A stretch of DNA of 61,370 bases, filler included, from 11 parts of 11 records of this genome joined end to end with filler, not necessarily neighbours in it; one strand, 5' to 3'; counted from the whole stretch's first letter, positions 36,801 to 49,893 are shown. The notes: generated by a model not told the origin, from the sequence alone. Program-made: numbers and translations.

Positions 36801-39800
36801 TCGCCTACTTTCATCACTGCCTCCGGGGTGGCAATCCAAAGCAGCTTATCCTTGGCGGCATTTGATAGCTCGTCTCCTGAGAGCCCTTCCTCTTGGAGTA
36901 AGTACACCAATGAGGAGATGGTCTCAGGTCCCACCCCAGGGAACGCTGAGTGGGCTAGGCTGTGTGCTGGCACATCAGTCTTGCGTACTGCCTTTTTTGG
37001 TGTCAAGAAGTCGATGCACCAGTTAAGCAGGTCCTCTTGAATTGTGCGGTTGGCCTCTGAAAGTAAGTCATACCGCGATAGAACCTGCACCCCGAGGTCA
37101 CATGCTGCGCACTGGTGCCAGGTGCCTGCTTCTCAAAGCGGTTCAGCAATGGTGCGTCCAGCTTGTTGTATGCTGTGTGGCAGTCCACAACCACGACACA
37201 TCGGAACTCGTCAGCGACCTCACAGAGCCTTGATGTAGCTCCAACTGCGAGCCTGCAGTAGGTCTTGTCGAAGTATTTCATGTATTGCCTGTTAGTGCAA
37301 CCCTCAGGCCAGCAGGCAGGCCAGCAAGCTTACTGGTTGAGCATATCATACAGCGACTCGTACAACTCGTCCAGATGAAGTAGCACAATCCGCCGACCAG
37401 TTTTCATGCACTCCTTGATCCGGTTGATGTTCCGATACACATTATCTCGAGAACTGTCATCTGGGAATGCTGATCCAACAATAAACTCTGAATTCTTGGC
37501 TGTCAACAGCCCATGCTCCATCAGGATACTCAGCCCCGAGTCATTGTCAGAGAGTACCATCAGGTGCCTGCCACCTGGCCGGCCGTCCTGTGGTGTGTCC
37601 GCCAGGTTTTCTTCAATCAGACTAAGCGGAGAAGCCTCATTGAGCATCACCTCCTCTGGAGTTGCCGCTTTGCCCACACAAAGCTCTTGGAGAACTGGGC
37701 TGCAGTGCTTGTAAAAGATACTTGCCACGCAGCGGAGCATGTCCTGCCGCTCCATTCCTCCAAACGAGCGGAGCACTGCATTGTTGAACATCTCTGGCTT
37801 AAGCTCTTGCTTGTTCTTACGCATGTCCCTGTCCAGTAGCTTGACAAACGTGTAAAAGTCGCGCAGCCCAATGAAGTCCTTGTACTTCGGCTCGCCGCTG
37901 TCGTTCACCATATTCTGGCCCATGTTGCATTCCCAAGTGATCTCAAGGTACGCATCTGCCAGAGTGTTCATCATGTTGTTCAGCTTGATACTGCCTGACC
38001 CAATGATTGCCTGCGCCGTGTGGCACAGATCTGCAGAGCGAGTCTCTGGCCGGACCAAATAAACCGCTCTGTTCATCTTGGCTGGGTCCAGATCCCAGTT
38101 TGAAAGCCCAACAAAGGCTACCTCAGGCTTTTCGAGCAATTTGTGGAGCACCTTGAGAGGAAGCGAGGGTGATTCCTCAGCCAGCCCAACCTCGTCAAGG
38201 AATACTACAGAGATCAAATTGGCTGCAGCCTTCTCAGCTGCCACAGCAGCAATGAAGCAGCGCTCGATTTCAGCAGCAGTGCTATTCCGCGAGCACTGAT
38301 AACTCTCAGTATGGATCGAGGCAAAACCCATCTCCTCAAAGGCAGGCGCCTTTGTGAAAGTATCCAGTTTATCGCGAATCAGAGACATAGCAAGGGTCTT
38401 TGAAGTGCCAGGGTTGCCCACCACAATCAGTGGAATCTTGTTCAGAATGCACACGATCATCATGAACATGTTCTCACGAAGCGCAACATTGGCTGCAATC
38501 CCGGCTGGAAGCGGGGACATGGCTTCAACAATCCAGTCCATCTTTGCCTGGATAATCGCATCAAAAGTGACTCCTGCATCGTACCGCCATGGCCCACCAC
38601 ATGATGCAATCCTGCTCTCGACCATCTGCTCAAAGTCGCCTCGGCTGACCCCGGCTTCCTCAAAGACTGCACCATGCTGCAGCCTGAAGAAGTAGCAGTG
38701 AGCTAGCGCCAGTGTGACCGCCTCTAGCGCCAGCTGCACTGGGCCAAGCTCGCCACTGCTGTCCTCCGCAGGGGCAAAAGCGCGATGTTCTGCCTATTTA
38801 CACCGGACAGATTCAGAGCAGTGATTGAGCTATGTGGCACACCTTTAGCCTGTCCAGCTTGTGCACAAATCCAAAGAACCATTTGAATAAGGTGACACAG
38901 CGGAACACATCCCGCAGCGATACGACACTCACTTCGCCCCCGTTGGCTTTGCGCAGGAAGATGTGCGCCTGCTGCATCAGGCCACTAAATAGCCTCATGA
39001 AGGTATCGAGATCAGCCTCAGAGAAGCCTGTGCCCCTCATTTGTCCCAAGACTCCACCTTCACCTTCGATCTGCTGCCTGAGCATCGAGCGCATGTACCT
39101 GTAGCATCTACGTCAAAGGAGGCCAATCGGCTGGCCGCACCGCTCCTCTTCGTCTATGTTGAGTGTACCATAGTCCCAGACGTATTCGAGCATGGTTCTG
39201 GGGATGGGATGGACAACGTACACAAGATTGCGCAGCTGCATTCCGTAAGCATCGGTTGGGCCCTTCTCAGTGTTCTTGTGAGAAATTCCCACTTGGGTGC
39301 GGCCCATGATTGAGGGCCGGATCCGGTACGGATTGAGTGCTGCAAGCACCTTGAGATTGGGTGGCAGCGGCTGGCCTCGTATCGAATGGTCACAAACCAT
39401 CTCCTTAAACAACCCAACAGAGTCGCAGGTGTTGATCTGTCACAGCACAACAATTGGTGAGCCAACCTCGGAGGCAAGGCACCTCGTCAAAGAAGACCCA
39501 GACTGGATCAGGCTTGGCCTGCTTCTCGTACGGATTCGAAGCATTTGCAACTACACTTGCTGCATTTGTGACTGATCTAGCAGCAACCTCAATAGGGCCA
39601 TTCTCCTCTGACATGAAATCTACAATGTCTCCTTCTGTCAGCCCTCCATGCACATCGAGCTTGTAGAAAGGCACATCCAGAAAGGTGGCCAGGTACTGAA
39701 TTGAGTAAGTTTTACCACAGCCTGTCTCGCCCATGATTACCACTGGCATGCCGCACTCAGTCCTGTAGTACACGGCTAGCATCTTCATAATATTATCAAT

Positions 39801-40492
39801 CGTGAGCGTGAAAGTGTCACGAATCTTCTCGCGCTTGGCCTTGCTAGTGGGCACATAGTGATACGGGTTGGTCTCTCGCCATGCTTGCTTTCTCTCATCC
39901 CAGTGCAGGTCTTTCCCAAATGGATAGCTCACGCCACACATGCGAAACAGCAAGTCAAACCCAGCCTTCTGCATTGGGATCTCCTTAACCTTCTTTGAAT
40001 CGTCATGAGTTGCCTTGTTATTCGCGTCGACCGCCACATATTCGCCAGTGTAATCAGCAAACAGCTCCTGGTTCTTGAAATTGCAGTCCTGCCAGTACCG
40101 GCGCAGTTCGTGTTCAAGGTACTGCGGGCCAAGGCAGAGCGATTCCCATGTTGTGAAGTTCATCACCATGTGGCCCCAAGGGTGGTTTGGATTGGGACAG
40201 GACATGGCCGGCACCAGCAAGCCGCGCCTCTTCCAGGAGTCCATCAGAGCAAGTGTCTGCTGCGCATTGTGTGGATCCAGTCCTAGAGACTCAATCTGGT
40301 CCTCGAGAAGCGACTTGGTCGAGATAGCGCGCGCTGTGATCGAAGAGCTCATCTCGATCACCCGCTCAACCAGCTTGATCATAATGTCGTTCTTACCAGA
40401 TGTATCGATCATTTTTTTCGCTCCGTTTTGCCCGGATCCAAGGTTTTTAACACCATTCTTGAGCAAGCACCTGATCCAGTAGATGAGCAGGA
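30875..40492 (-). CDS. RNF213: RNF213/mysterin-like AAA+ ATPase and E3 ligase, 5' truncated, multi-exon
   Basis: GETGCGKT, FFDE-INTC, NPYR, LVYVVHPIP, VSLRDV, GNPGTSKT, LDEVGLAEESPSLPLKVLH, SNWDLDPAKMNRA, GLRDFY, LYESLYDMLNQ; RZ finger CPNGHRYTIGNC..CPECGAPIG. Confidence 0.88.
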
Positions 40493-40879
40493 NNNNNNNN
40501 NNNNNNNNNNNNNNNNNNNNNNNNNNNNNNNNNNNNTTAATTAATTAANNNNNNNNNNNNNNNNNNNNNNNNNNNNNNNNNNNNNNNNNNNNGAGCACCA
40601 ATTCCCTGGGTTTTGCGTGCACGACGATGGTGTTTATCATATCATGTTTATTACGGTAGGTTACATGTAATTAAATGCTACACTCTCCTCGATCAGCTTG
40701 AAACACTGTTCCCTCGCCCGGAGTTCCATCTTAGTCATCCACATGTGAAGGCGCCCTAGGAGCGTCCCATCCCATCCCGTGATCTCGCTGTGCGCGCCGA
40801 GAAGAGCTTAAAATACCTAGGCCTAAAACATTTGCCAGTACATTTTAATTAAATCTAACTAAGTTACTTAGTTCTCTAA

Positions 40880-43800
40880 CTAAGCCCTTCTATTTGTCAA
40901 GTGCACCACAACTACCCCTAGGTTTGCTAGAGCGCCGACAAGGTAATCTTGCGATGGTCCAGGTCCGATCGTAATAGCCTGAATCAGAGACATGTCACTT
41001 GCTGGTGGACGGCCCAAGCGCTCCCGCCATTTGATCAGAGGCTGTGCAAAGTCCAGCGGAGCTTTTGATTGCAACAGCTCGACAGGCTGGAGGCTGTGTA
41101 CACAACGCATTGAGACTTGCCCACGATCATCGCCGGTGACCAAGAAGTCGCCATCTGCCGTTATGTGCATGGCTTGTATTCCGCTAAGCACATCAGTGTC
41201 ACCGAGCGGGGCTCCATTTATACTGTACAGGTAGAACTTGAGCACAGCGCGCGAAAAGATAATCACATAGCCTGACGGTGAGATGGCAACACGGCCCAGT
41301 TGTCCTCCGGGAGGTTGTATGGTGAGGACATACTGCCCAGATCTCAAGGTATGCAGCATGCAAGTGCCGTCGAGTGAGCAGCTCGCAACCACGTCGTACT
41401 GGTAATCTGCGGCAACCGCCGTCACCTCGTCGTCGTGCCCAAACAAAATGTGCGTTGGCTTATTCTCGGTGCGTGCTGCCTTACTAGAAGTGTCCACCTC
41501 CCATACCATGACTGTAGTGTCTTTGGAGCCAGTGACGACAGCAATTATCCTATCACTCATTGAAACCATGTGCAGTGCTGTCACGACATTTTTATGGTGC
41601 GAAAAGATGCTCTTCCGCATGTTTCGGAGGCTCTTATCACGACCCACAATGTGCAGGTGCCAAGTGTTGTCCCAGTGCCCACAGCTGCCCAACGCCACTC
41701 TTTCTTCGCTCATGACAACCGAGCTGACGCAACTTGAGAGCGACCTGTTTGCCACCGTGCTCTCAAAGGGTAGTTGGAAATGCACAGGCTGCTCTATGGT
41801 CGAGTCCACCCAAAAGTTGGAAGAGTCGAAGGACGGGCGCCAACGCAGCATTGAAATCTTCTGGTCGGCGCACACAAAAATGAGGCGATCAGAAAGCATG
41901 ACTACATGTACCGTGGGTCCCACAGTGCACAGCTCAGCTTGCTTAAGAGACAGTGGGACATTATGCAGCAGAGGCAGCGTTTTCATATTTGGAGATCGAC
42001 GTGGGTGGGGTTTAGAGAATAGTTGTGACGGACATTGACCAACCAAATCTGATGCATGGATCGGCTGCAGGCTATCATCAGGCTCGCACTCCTCTTCTGG
42101 GGGTTCATAGCCTTCATAGCACTGAGGATTGAACATATTGAGAGCTTCTACCGCTGCGTCGCCTGTCTGGCGATAACCAAATATAAGATCAATCCACAGG
42201 TGCAGGTGCTCTGATACATACGTGCTCTCTAGTGCATCTCTGTGCTTCTTGATGAAGTCGTGTGGCGATGATGCCCATGGCGGTAGTTGGACGTCGTTGA
42301 CAGGTTTCCCAGTCTGCAACGTTCCCAAGTCGATGCTGTTCACATTGATGAGGAATTCGGGTAGGAAGAAGAATTCTGGGATCAACTCTTTCAAATCCTG
42401 CATGTTGATCATGATATTGGCGAAGGAAGTCGGGATGGAGTTGAACATGCGGTCAGGTAGATCGAATTTGCCATCGTTGAACACCTTGTGAAGCTCGGTG
42501 TAGGGTTCGAGCCGTACGAGGTAGCTCAACACATCGAGTGAGGTGGAATAGTGTCTAAGAAAGTGGTAACCCAGCCCCTCGAAATTGTCCTGGATGGTGC
42601 TCAATCTTTTCATGTCCTGATTCTGTAGGCCCATAGGCTTCGACAGGTCGCGGAACGTTTCTTCCTTTGTAAGGTCCAGCTCTGGCGATGTCCAGTCTGC
42701 TATAATCCACGGGAAGACTGGATATTGTGCGATATCATTGTATGTCCTGCCTGCTAGCGTATTCAGGTGCATGAGATACTCGAAATTGGTCAACTCGAAG
42801 TTTTGCCATTTCTGCTGCATTTCCTTGAGGTAAGCCTTAGGCGATTGCTTGCAGTGATAGAGCAAATTCGGAGGGTTCTTGTTGAGAATCATTTTGGCAG
42901 CATCTTCAGACTTCCTGGAAGGAAAGTTGAAAAAGACTACCTCACCTTCCACAAAACAAATTTCGATGGCACTCCATTTCATTTGATACCGTCGTCGATG
43001 GACCTCTCGAATCGATGCCAACTCCCATTTGCGATTCTTGGGCAAGCCTTGTTCGCTCAACCCCATTCGGCTGCTACTCGTACTATCAGCGAGAAACATG
43101 AGTTGCGAAGGGGTGACTTTCAGTTTACCTTGCCAGACCATCAGGGGCGTGATTATCTCCACCAGTGCCACCACTTCGACTTCCTCTTCTAGGACGTCCA
43201 TTGCATTGGCTGCCTGTTTCGCAGCATTCAAGAGCGCTTCTCTGTTCGCCTCAGAAGGCTCAACCGGGCCCTCTGCATCTGCTCCCTTTGGGCCTGTACT
43301 AGAACGATTCGTACCATAACGGTTCGACTTTTCACGCCCCCACATCCTTGCCAGTTTCCTACGCTCACGGCATGAGTTCTCGCTGTTGTCCAATTTCCAT
43401 TGGCGCCCTTGATCCTTCCCAGCCGCAACAGCTCCAGCTCCAAACACACTCCGTTCAGATGTAATACTCCGGTACGCTATCCACCACTGTTGGAGCGCTG
43501 CTCGATGTGCAGCTTCACCCTCGCCCTCCCAAAGCTGCTCGACAGAACTCACCCACTCAGCTACACGGCCTAGGTGCCGCTCTAGCTTGGTGTTTGCGAG
43601 GACAGAGTCAATAGCAGTTTGCTGGGTTGATTCTCGCTTATGAACTAGGCGCTCATGTGCACTCTTGATGTCTTGCTGGAAATGAAGCAAGTGTGGCCCT
43701 GCAGACATCTGAAGACCAATTTCTTCGTGAACAGCGGCACATAGCAGTGAAGAAGACTCGAGCAGGTAACTCCATCGCGAGCGTTCAGAATAGAACTCCT

Positions 43801-44569
43801 CGTGCAATTTGCTATGGAAGGAAGTAGAGTCACATTTTCTGCATTGCTTCATCAGCTGCACAAACTTGAGCGATAACAAGGTCTGCCCGTCCTGGCCCAC
43901 CAATATGTCTTCCAACTGCGCGCGGCGACGCTCAATCACCAACTCGAGCAATGTAAATGTGGCAGCTGTTGCAGCAATGTCTTTGTGAAATAAAGCACAT
44001 CGTAACGCAACGACAATGCAGGCAATGCAGGCCAGCACATGCTTACACCCAGCAGGCGACCAGTTTTCCAGCATAATGCCAAGCACAGCTCCCAGGTAAC
44101 GTGCAGCAATTGGAGTTCTGCTGGGCTCCTTCTCCAATAGGGCAGTCATCGCCCCTCTTGCAACGATCCGAGCAAAACCTCCAGCAAAGGATGCTGCAAA
44201 GGGCACGGATACACTCTGCTGTAGAGTGCGAACGACGCTCCAATTACTCCTCTGCTGCAGTGTTTCAAAATCATTGATTTCCAGGAATTTGAGCTCCTCT
44301 AAGAGAAGTAGAAGCTTGTGCAGAAGATCCCAGTGAACCCAGCGCTTGTTGCCATCTCGTTTTAAGAATGGCCACTTTTCGGGACCACTAGCCGGGGAAG
44401 TAATGCTCTCGCTTGTGGGTGCCTGTGAGAAGGCATCGTTGAAGAAAATGTGGTCCTCGATTAGCACTGCAACGTGTATTAAGTTGCTGATCCATGGACC
44501 CTCGTGCTCCTTTCTGTGGACTTCCTGTTGAGTATGGATATACTCGACCAGGTCAACTAAGAACACTGT
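40880..44569 (-). CDS. PH-BEACH-WD40 protein (neurobeachin/LYST family), 5' truncated
   Basis: WKLD..E..RER, SAIEI, NFEYLMHLNTLAGRTYNDIAQYPVFPW, KELIPEFF, LHLWIDLIFG, WD40 repeats. Confidence 0.93.
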   Translation of the reverse strand, partial: TVFLVDLVEYIHTQQEVHRKEHEGPWISNLIHVAVLIEDHIFFNDAFSQAPTSESITSPASGPEKWPFLKRDGNKRWVHWDLLHKLLLLLEELKFLEINDFETLQQRSNWSVVRTLQQSVSVPFAASFAGGFARIVARGAMTALLEKEPSRTPIAARYLGAVLGIMLENWSPAGCKHVLACIACIVVALRCALFHKDIAATAATFTLLELVIERRRAQLEDILVGQDGQTLLSLKFVQLMKQCRKCDSTSFHSKLHEEFYSERSRWSYLLESSSLLCAAVHEEIGLQMSAGPHLLHFQQDIKSAHERLVHKRESTQQTAIDSVLANTKLERHLGRVAEWVSSVEQLWEGEGEAAHRAALQQWWIAYRSITSERSVFGAGAVAAGKDQGRQWKLDNSENSCRERRKLARMWGREKSNRYGTNRSSTGPKGADAEGPVEPSEANREALLNAAKQAANAMDVLEEEVEVVALVEIITPLMVWQGKLKVTPSQLMFLADSTSSSRMGLSEQGLPKNRKWELASIREVHRRRYQMKWSAIEICFVEGEVVFFNFPSRKSEDAAKMILNKNPPNLLYHCKQSPKAYLKEMQQKWQNFELTNFEYLMHLNTLAGRTYNDIAQYPVFPWIIADWTSPELDLTKEETFRDLSKPMGLQNQDMKRLSTIQDNFEGLGYHFLRHYSTSLDVLSYLVRLEPYTELHKVFNDGKFDLPDRMFNSIPTSFANIMINMQDLKELIPEFFFLPEFLINVNSIDLGTLQTGKPVNDVQLPPWASSPHDFIKKHRDALESTYVSEHLHLWIDLIFGYRQTGDAAVEALNMFNPQCYEGYEPPEEECEPDDSLQPIHASDLVGQCPSQLFSKPHPRRSPNMKTLPLLHNVPLSLKQAELCTVGPTVHVVMLSDRLIFVCADQKISMLRWRPSFDSSNFWVDSTIEQPVHFQLPFESTVANRSLSSCVSSVVMSEERVALGSCGHWDNTWHLHIVGRDKSLRNMRKSIFSHHKNVVTALHMVSMSDRIIAVVTGSKDTTVMVWEVDTSSKAARTENKPTHILFGHDDEVTAVAADYQYDVVASCSLDGTCMLHTLRSGQYVLTIQPPGGQLGRVAISPSGYVIIFSRAVLKFYLYSINGAPLGDTDVLSGIQAMHITADGDFLVTGDDRGQVSMRCVHSLQPVELLQSKAPLDFAQPLIKWRERLGRPPASDMSLIQAITIGPGPSQDYLVGALANLGVVVVHLTNRRA

Positions 44570-44686
44570 NNNNNNNNNNNNNNNNNNNNNNNNNNNNNNN
44601 NNNNNNNNNNNNNTTAATTAATTAANNNNNNNNNNNNNNNNNNNNNNNNNNNNNNNNNNNNNNNNNNNNCTCTCCAGCGAAGAGGC

Positions 44687-47600
44687 ATGAACACCACGAG
44701 CTCGGGCCAGCGGCGGCGGCCGGCAAACCGGATCTCGCCCCAGCAGAAGCGGGACCTGCGCTCGGGCTCCTACTCCAAGCTGCTCCCGGCCCCCGCGGTT
44801 GCGCCCTACCCGGCCTGCTGGCCCGAGCCGGCCCCCAGGCGGCCAGCTTCGAGCCCCAGATCCAGTGGCTGCCGCTCGACCTGGCCCGGGCGCGCAGCCC
44901 CCCCGCCCCCGGTCCTGACTAGCCCCGGGCAGATCGATGCGGTGGCGCTCGAGGCCACCGAGAGCGCGGGACTCTACGCGCGGCTCCAGCGCGAGTGCGG
45001 CGACGACCAGCACCCGGCCCCGCCGGCCCGACAGCAGGCGTTCGCCCACCTGCGGCTGGCGATGCACTCTCGGGTGGACGCCATCCGAGCTTTCCTTGAT
45101 CGCAGGTCGGCCCTGGCTGGAGCTAGGCCGACTGGCGTGGGCGCAGCGTGGGCACCAGCAGGGGCCGGGACCCGCGACAGCGCAAGCTGGAGGCGTGCTA
45201 CACTCAGCTCCGTGGCTGACCGGCCTGGCGGGGATCTGACCTGGAAGGCAGGCGAGGCGCTCGCGGAGAAGTGGACCCCGCAGGTGCAAGAGCCGATGCG
45301 GCCTGCCGGTGAAGCGTGTGTGTGTGAGCGGTCTCATCTGCCTGCAGCGTACACCGGCGGGTTTGGCGCGCTGCAAGACGGCGAATATTACCTACTGAGC
45401 GACGCCGGGCGGATGCTGTACGTTGACGAGACAGGTGAGCCGGCCTGCGTCTAGCGCTGCGGTTACGCGTACAATTAGGATAGGCAGACGCTCCCGGCCC
45501 GCTTTGCTGATCAGTGGGGCGCCAGGTGGGCTGCAGCTAGCACCGGCGCGCGGCAATCCGTCGACTGCGGTCGAGCACGCCAAGTGGCTTATCCGTTTCA
45601 CTGCGCCAGGCGGGGCAGCCCAGATTTCAATAGCCACGGTGCCTTGTGTGCGGCCATTAGGGTTGGAGTCAGCCGGTTGGGGTAGGAACCGTCACGTGGG
45701 CTGGGCTGCTCGCGCCGTGGGGGCGTTGGTCTGGGCTCTGGGGGCAAACTGCAGACTTGGCAGGTGCCTGCTCGGCTGGTGGGGAGGCAGTGCGGTGGTG
45801 CAGGTGTCTGCTGGGAAGCTGGAAGGGTGGCACATGACCAGCCAGACCGGGCAGCAGCTCTCGGAGAGCCGGGGGGCGCAGCTCGGGCTCTCACCACTCA
45901 AAACCACCAAGGAGGAGTGGCACTTTGAGCGGTGCTCTGCTCGCAAGGCGCACTCACTCCAGTCGGGCGAGCAATATTTTATATACGATGCCAGGCATGA
46001 CTTGGCCGCCTGTAGCGGCTGATCCTCGAGGCAGGGATCGGCTGTTGTCGGGGCTTGATGGCGAGGCGAGGCTGATTGCAGCAGGCCAACTGCGTGGGGC
46101 GCGGGAGAAGTGGAAGGCCGTGGCGGGCCAGACTGGGGTCATTTTAGAGCATGTGGCCTCTCGCCAACAGCTGAGCGTCGAGGGGAGCAATCTGCGCTTG
46201 CTGAACAGGTCGGTGGACAGATCAAGTGAGTACATGGCCTGACTGGCTGAAAAATGACTTGTTTTGGGCGCAGACGACTGGCAGATCAGGGACGGGGTGA
46301 CCTGGGACAGGCGGGTGCTCCTGCTATCCGCTGAGGAGCGGCACCTGGCGGCTGCAGATGACGCGCTGGCGCTCAATCTAGTGCTAGAGCCAAGCATACT
46401 GGCCCTGTGGAAGTTTGAGAGTGCTGAGGGCTGGGCTGACTACCCTCCTGGGTATGGGGATGGCTACGGCGGGGGTGATGGCCGGGACAATGGGGTGATT
46501 GGAGTGGATGGGTTTGCATCCGGGATGTACGCTCTGGTGGACTGCCAGGGTCAGTATCTTGGAGCAAGTGCCGGCAAGCTGGCAGTGGCCCAGCAGATGT
46601 TACCAGACCGAGAGTTGTTCCGGTGGAGCATCGATCGCGCAGCTGGGCACGGCAAGGTACGAGCCCGCTGACTTGCGCCCGACCAGTGCAATGGCAGGTG
46701 CACATACACGGTGGCTGTCCAGGCTCTGCCGCGCCCTCAGCGCTCCGTCCAGTCGACAGACAAGCCGAGTGGCTGGCCTCAACCCCTAAGGAGCCGTACC
46801 TGAGTGCAGACGCCGACTTCCCAGAGTATTGGACTATAGTACCGTACGACAAGGAGCGGTTCTATGTTGTAGGCAGGCATGCGGTCCAGCTGAGCTCAAT
46901 CTCTGAGCCGCTGCCAAAGCTGGTCATGTCTGCAGAGTTTGGCCTGGAGCAACGCTGGATGCTCGCCCCTCTCCAGAACGAGGCTCCGCTTCAGGATGGA
47001 GTCGAGTACTTTTTGATTGATAATAATGACATGTACCTGGGAGCTACAATCAAGAAGGGCAAGCTAGTTTGTGACACAACCAAACAGCCTGGTCGCCGCG
47101 AGAAGTGGCGGCTCCGGTTTTGTGGCAAGCAGCAGCTTGGATTCGAACATGTGGATGGTCACTTGCTCGGTTATACGAAGAGCTCTCTCTTGCTGCTGTC
47201 CTCTGACCTAGCTCGGCCGACAGAGCTGCCTGTCTGGAAGCTGGTTGATGTGGGCACCTGGGATAATCGAAGGTACATCTGTGCTTCTGAGGGAAAGTTT
47301 CTTGGGGTGTCACAAAGGGGCCTGCATCAGCTATTGTCGAGTCAAGGCCCAGCAGAGCAGTGGCGATTCCAGTGTGCAAAGAACTTTCCTGACTTTCCTC
47401 CAGGATATGATGCAGAGATGGACTTTGGATCTGGTCTTGGACTGGATAACGGGGTTAATGGTGATCCCAAATTTCGATCGGGAGAATACGCACTGCTTGG
47501 GTGCTGCAATGAATTCGTTGGGCTGGACAACTCGGGCAGCTTGGCCCAGACAGGTGTAATTGATGGGCACAGTGGAGACAAGACGCTGTGGAGGTGGAAG

Positions 47601-49494
47601 TTGGATGTCAAAACTGATAATGGCAAGGTCCACATTAGCAATGTTGGGCAGGGTGGAGTCAACCTGCGCTCGAGTGTGACTGATGTATTTGCAAGCAACT
47701 GTCCCAAGGGTTTAGAGTACTGGACCGTGGTACAGCGGTCTCCTGGCGTATTCTATCTAGTAGGCCACACCACACGCCACATGGCTGTGACTGATAAGAA
47801 GCGCCTGGTCATGTCAGATACGAAGGCTCCAAATGCTGAGTGGAGGCTGCTAGGCGGAGCTGGGGTGGATAAGCTGGAGGAAGGTCGAGAGTACTTCATC
47901 TTGGACCACCATGAGCAGAATCTTGGAGCATCCAACAGGGGCAGTTTGTACCATACACAGCTCCCAGGACTCCGCGAGAAGTGGGTTGCCTGCATCAGCG
48001 GCCAAAGGGTCGCATTGGTGAGCAAGAATGGATGGGCACTGGTGCCTAGCTCAAAGACAGCTCTCTCCACCCAATCAGCCTCGCATTCAGACCCTTCACG
48101 GTTTGAATTGCCTCAGTGGAAGCTTGATGATGCACACAGCTGGGATAACCGCAAGTACATTGCCCATGGTAAAACCCAAGCAGGGATCACGCCATCTGGC
48201 TCGGCCTACATGTCGCAGAAGAGGAGCCCCTACGAGCAGTGGCGGTTCATTGACGCTAGAAATGCCTCTGACTTTCCACCTGGCTACCCCTCAGACAACT
48301 CTTGCGACGGAATGGACAATGGTATCTCAGGTATCGACTTGTCAGCCTACCATCTGCTGCCTGGCAGATATGCTTTTATGGATTGGCGTGGCGCCTACCT
48401 AAGTGTCTCTGAAGAGGGAGCTGCTCTCATCACACAGGATAATCTGTCGACATCGTGTGAGATTATCGTTTCCGAGCCCAGAGACGCCCCAGTGCCTGGC
48501 AAAGCACACCTCCAGCACAAGAATCAGGCAGAGAGTGTTTTCAGCATTAGGTCGAGTGGCGATAAGGCCTGGGTGTCAACAGAGGATGGTGCAATGGAAT
48601 ATTGGACACTAGTTGCTGCCTCTGCAGACAAGAAGTACCCAGATGGTGAACTATTTCTCGTGGGTCGCGAGACCCTCAAGCTGAGTGCGGGCAGTTCGGC
48701 CTCTCCTGAAGTATACATGGATCCCAAGAGCAGCAAATTCCAGAAATGGCAAATGCGCTGCCTTGACAATCCATACTCAAAGCCGCTCCAGAGCGGCGAG
48801 GTGTATTTCCTGCTGGATGACTCAGACCAGCACTTGTCAGTGGGACCGGGGGGCAGGCTTGCCCAGTGTGCAAACCCTCGAGGGCGTCGTGAAAAATTCA
48901 AGCTGACAGAAACCGGTCCTAATATGTGGCTTATAACTCATGTCGATGGGCTTATCCTCAATAGCTCGCCAAATGCTCCTGCACTGGGAGGGGAGCCACG
49001 GCCCTGGATGATCACCGAGGCTTGTACTTGGGATCGGCGCAAATATTTGACCATGCATGAGCTGCATCTGGGGATCGAAGCCAGTTCGGGCCCATCACCA
49101 TTTACGATGCGCCCAGGGTCGAATTCAATGCAGCAGTGGAGGTTTGAGGATGCCCGCAACCATCCAGATTACCCAGATGGCTACGCACGACCAAAGGACG
49201 GGCTCAACAACGGAGTCAAAGGCAGCAACAAACTAGGGGAAGTTGGGACTGTCAAGCATGTGTTCCTGCTTGGGAACGACAGTGAGTCGTACCTTGGCGC
49301 TGGCCGCTCGAAAGAGCTCCGAGTAGCGTCACTTATGGAGGGCAATAAGACATTATGGCGCTGGACCATTAAAATTGTCGCAGAGTTCGGCAAAGTTGAG
49401 ATCCTGGGCTTAGATGGCAATGTGAGTCTGTGTGAAGGAAGCAAGGGGAAGCCACACACAGCAGATACGCGCGATGGCCCTGAGGTATGGACAG
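44687..49494 (+). CDS. Large tandem-repeat protein, putative beta-trefoil (fascin-like) repeats, 3' truncated
   Basis: Repeating YF(L/I).D, G.REKW, WD.R.Y, EQWRF and D(F/Y)P.GY...DNG..G at about 880-950 nt spacing. Confidence 0.65.
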
Positions 49495-49594
49495 NNNNNN
49501 NNNNNNNNNNNNNNNNNNNNNNNNNNNNNNNNNNNNNNTTAATTAATTAANNNNNNNNNNNNNNNNNNNNNNNNNNNNNNNNNNNNNNNNNNNN

Positions 49595-49893
49595 CCGCTG
49601 GGGAACTGGCTGCCCTTGAAGCGCCTGCTATCGCCACACTTGAGGCTGCAATGGTCCTGGGAAATGCCGCTCCCGCCGGTGCACTCCCAGCCAGCCTCCA
49701 GCTTGCAGTCGCTCGAGCAGCCATCGTTGGGTAAGCGGTTCCCGTCGTCGCAGACCTCGCCGTTTTCGAGAAGCCCATTGCCGCACTCAGTATCAGAAGC
49801 CTCGCCCAGCAGCGCCCCTCCGTCGAGCTGCCGCACCTCCAGCCGGGCCGCCGCCCCCGCCAGCACCAACACTAAAAGCCAAGCTCGAAGCAT
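49595..49893 (-). CDS. Secreted protein with Myxococcus-type cysteine-rich repeat (DUF4215-like), 3' truncated
   Basis: Signal MLRAWLLVLVLAGAAA; CGNGLLENGEVCDDGNRLPNDGCSSDCKLEAGWEC. Confidence 0.8.

Noticed and set aside
20399..44569. Clustered ubiquitin/immunity locus (HECTD4-like, UBA protein, NSE1, RNF213, BEACH)
   Set aside because: The genes lie on four different contigs; the clustering cannot be supported.
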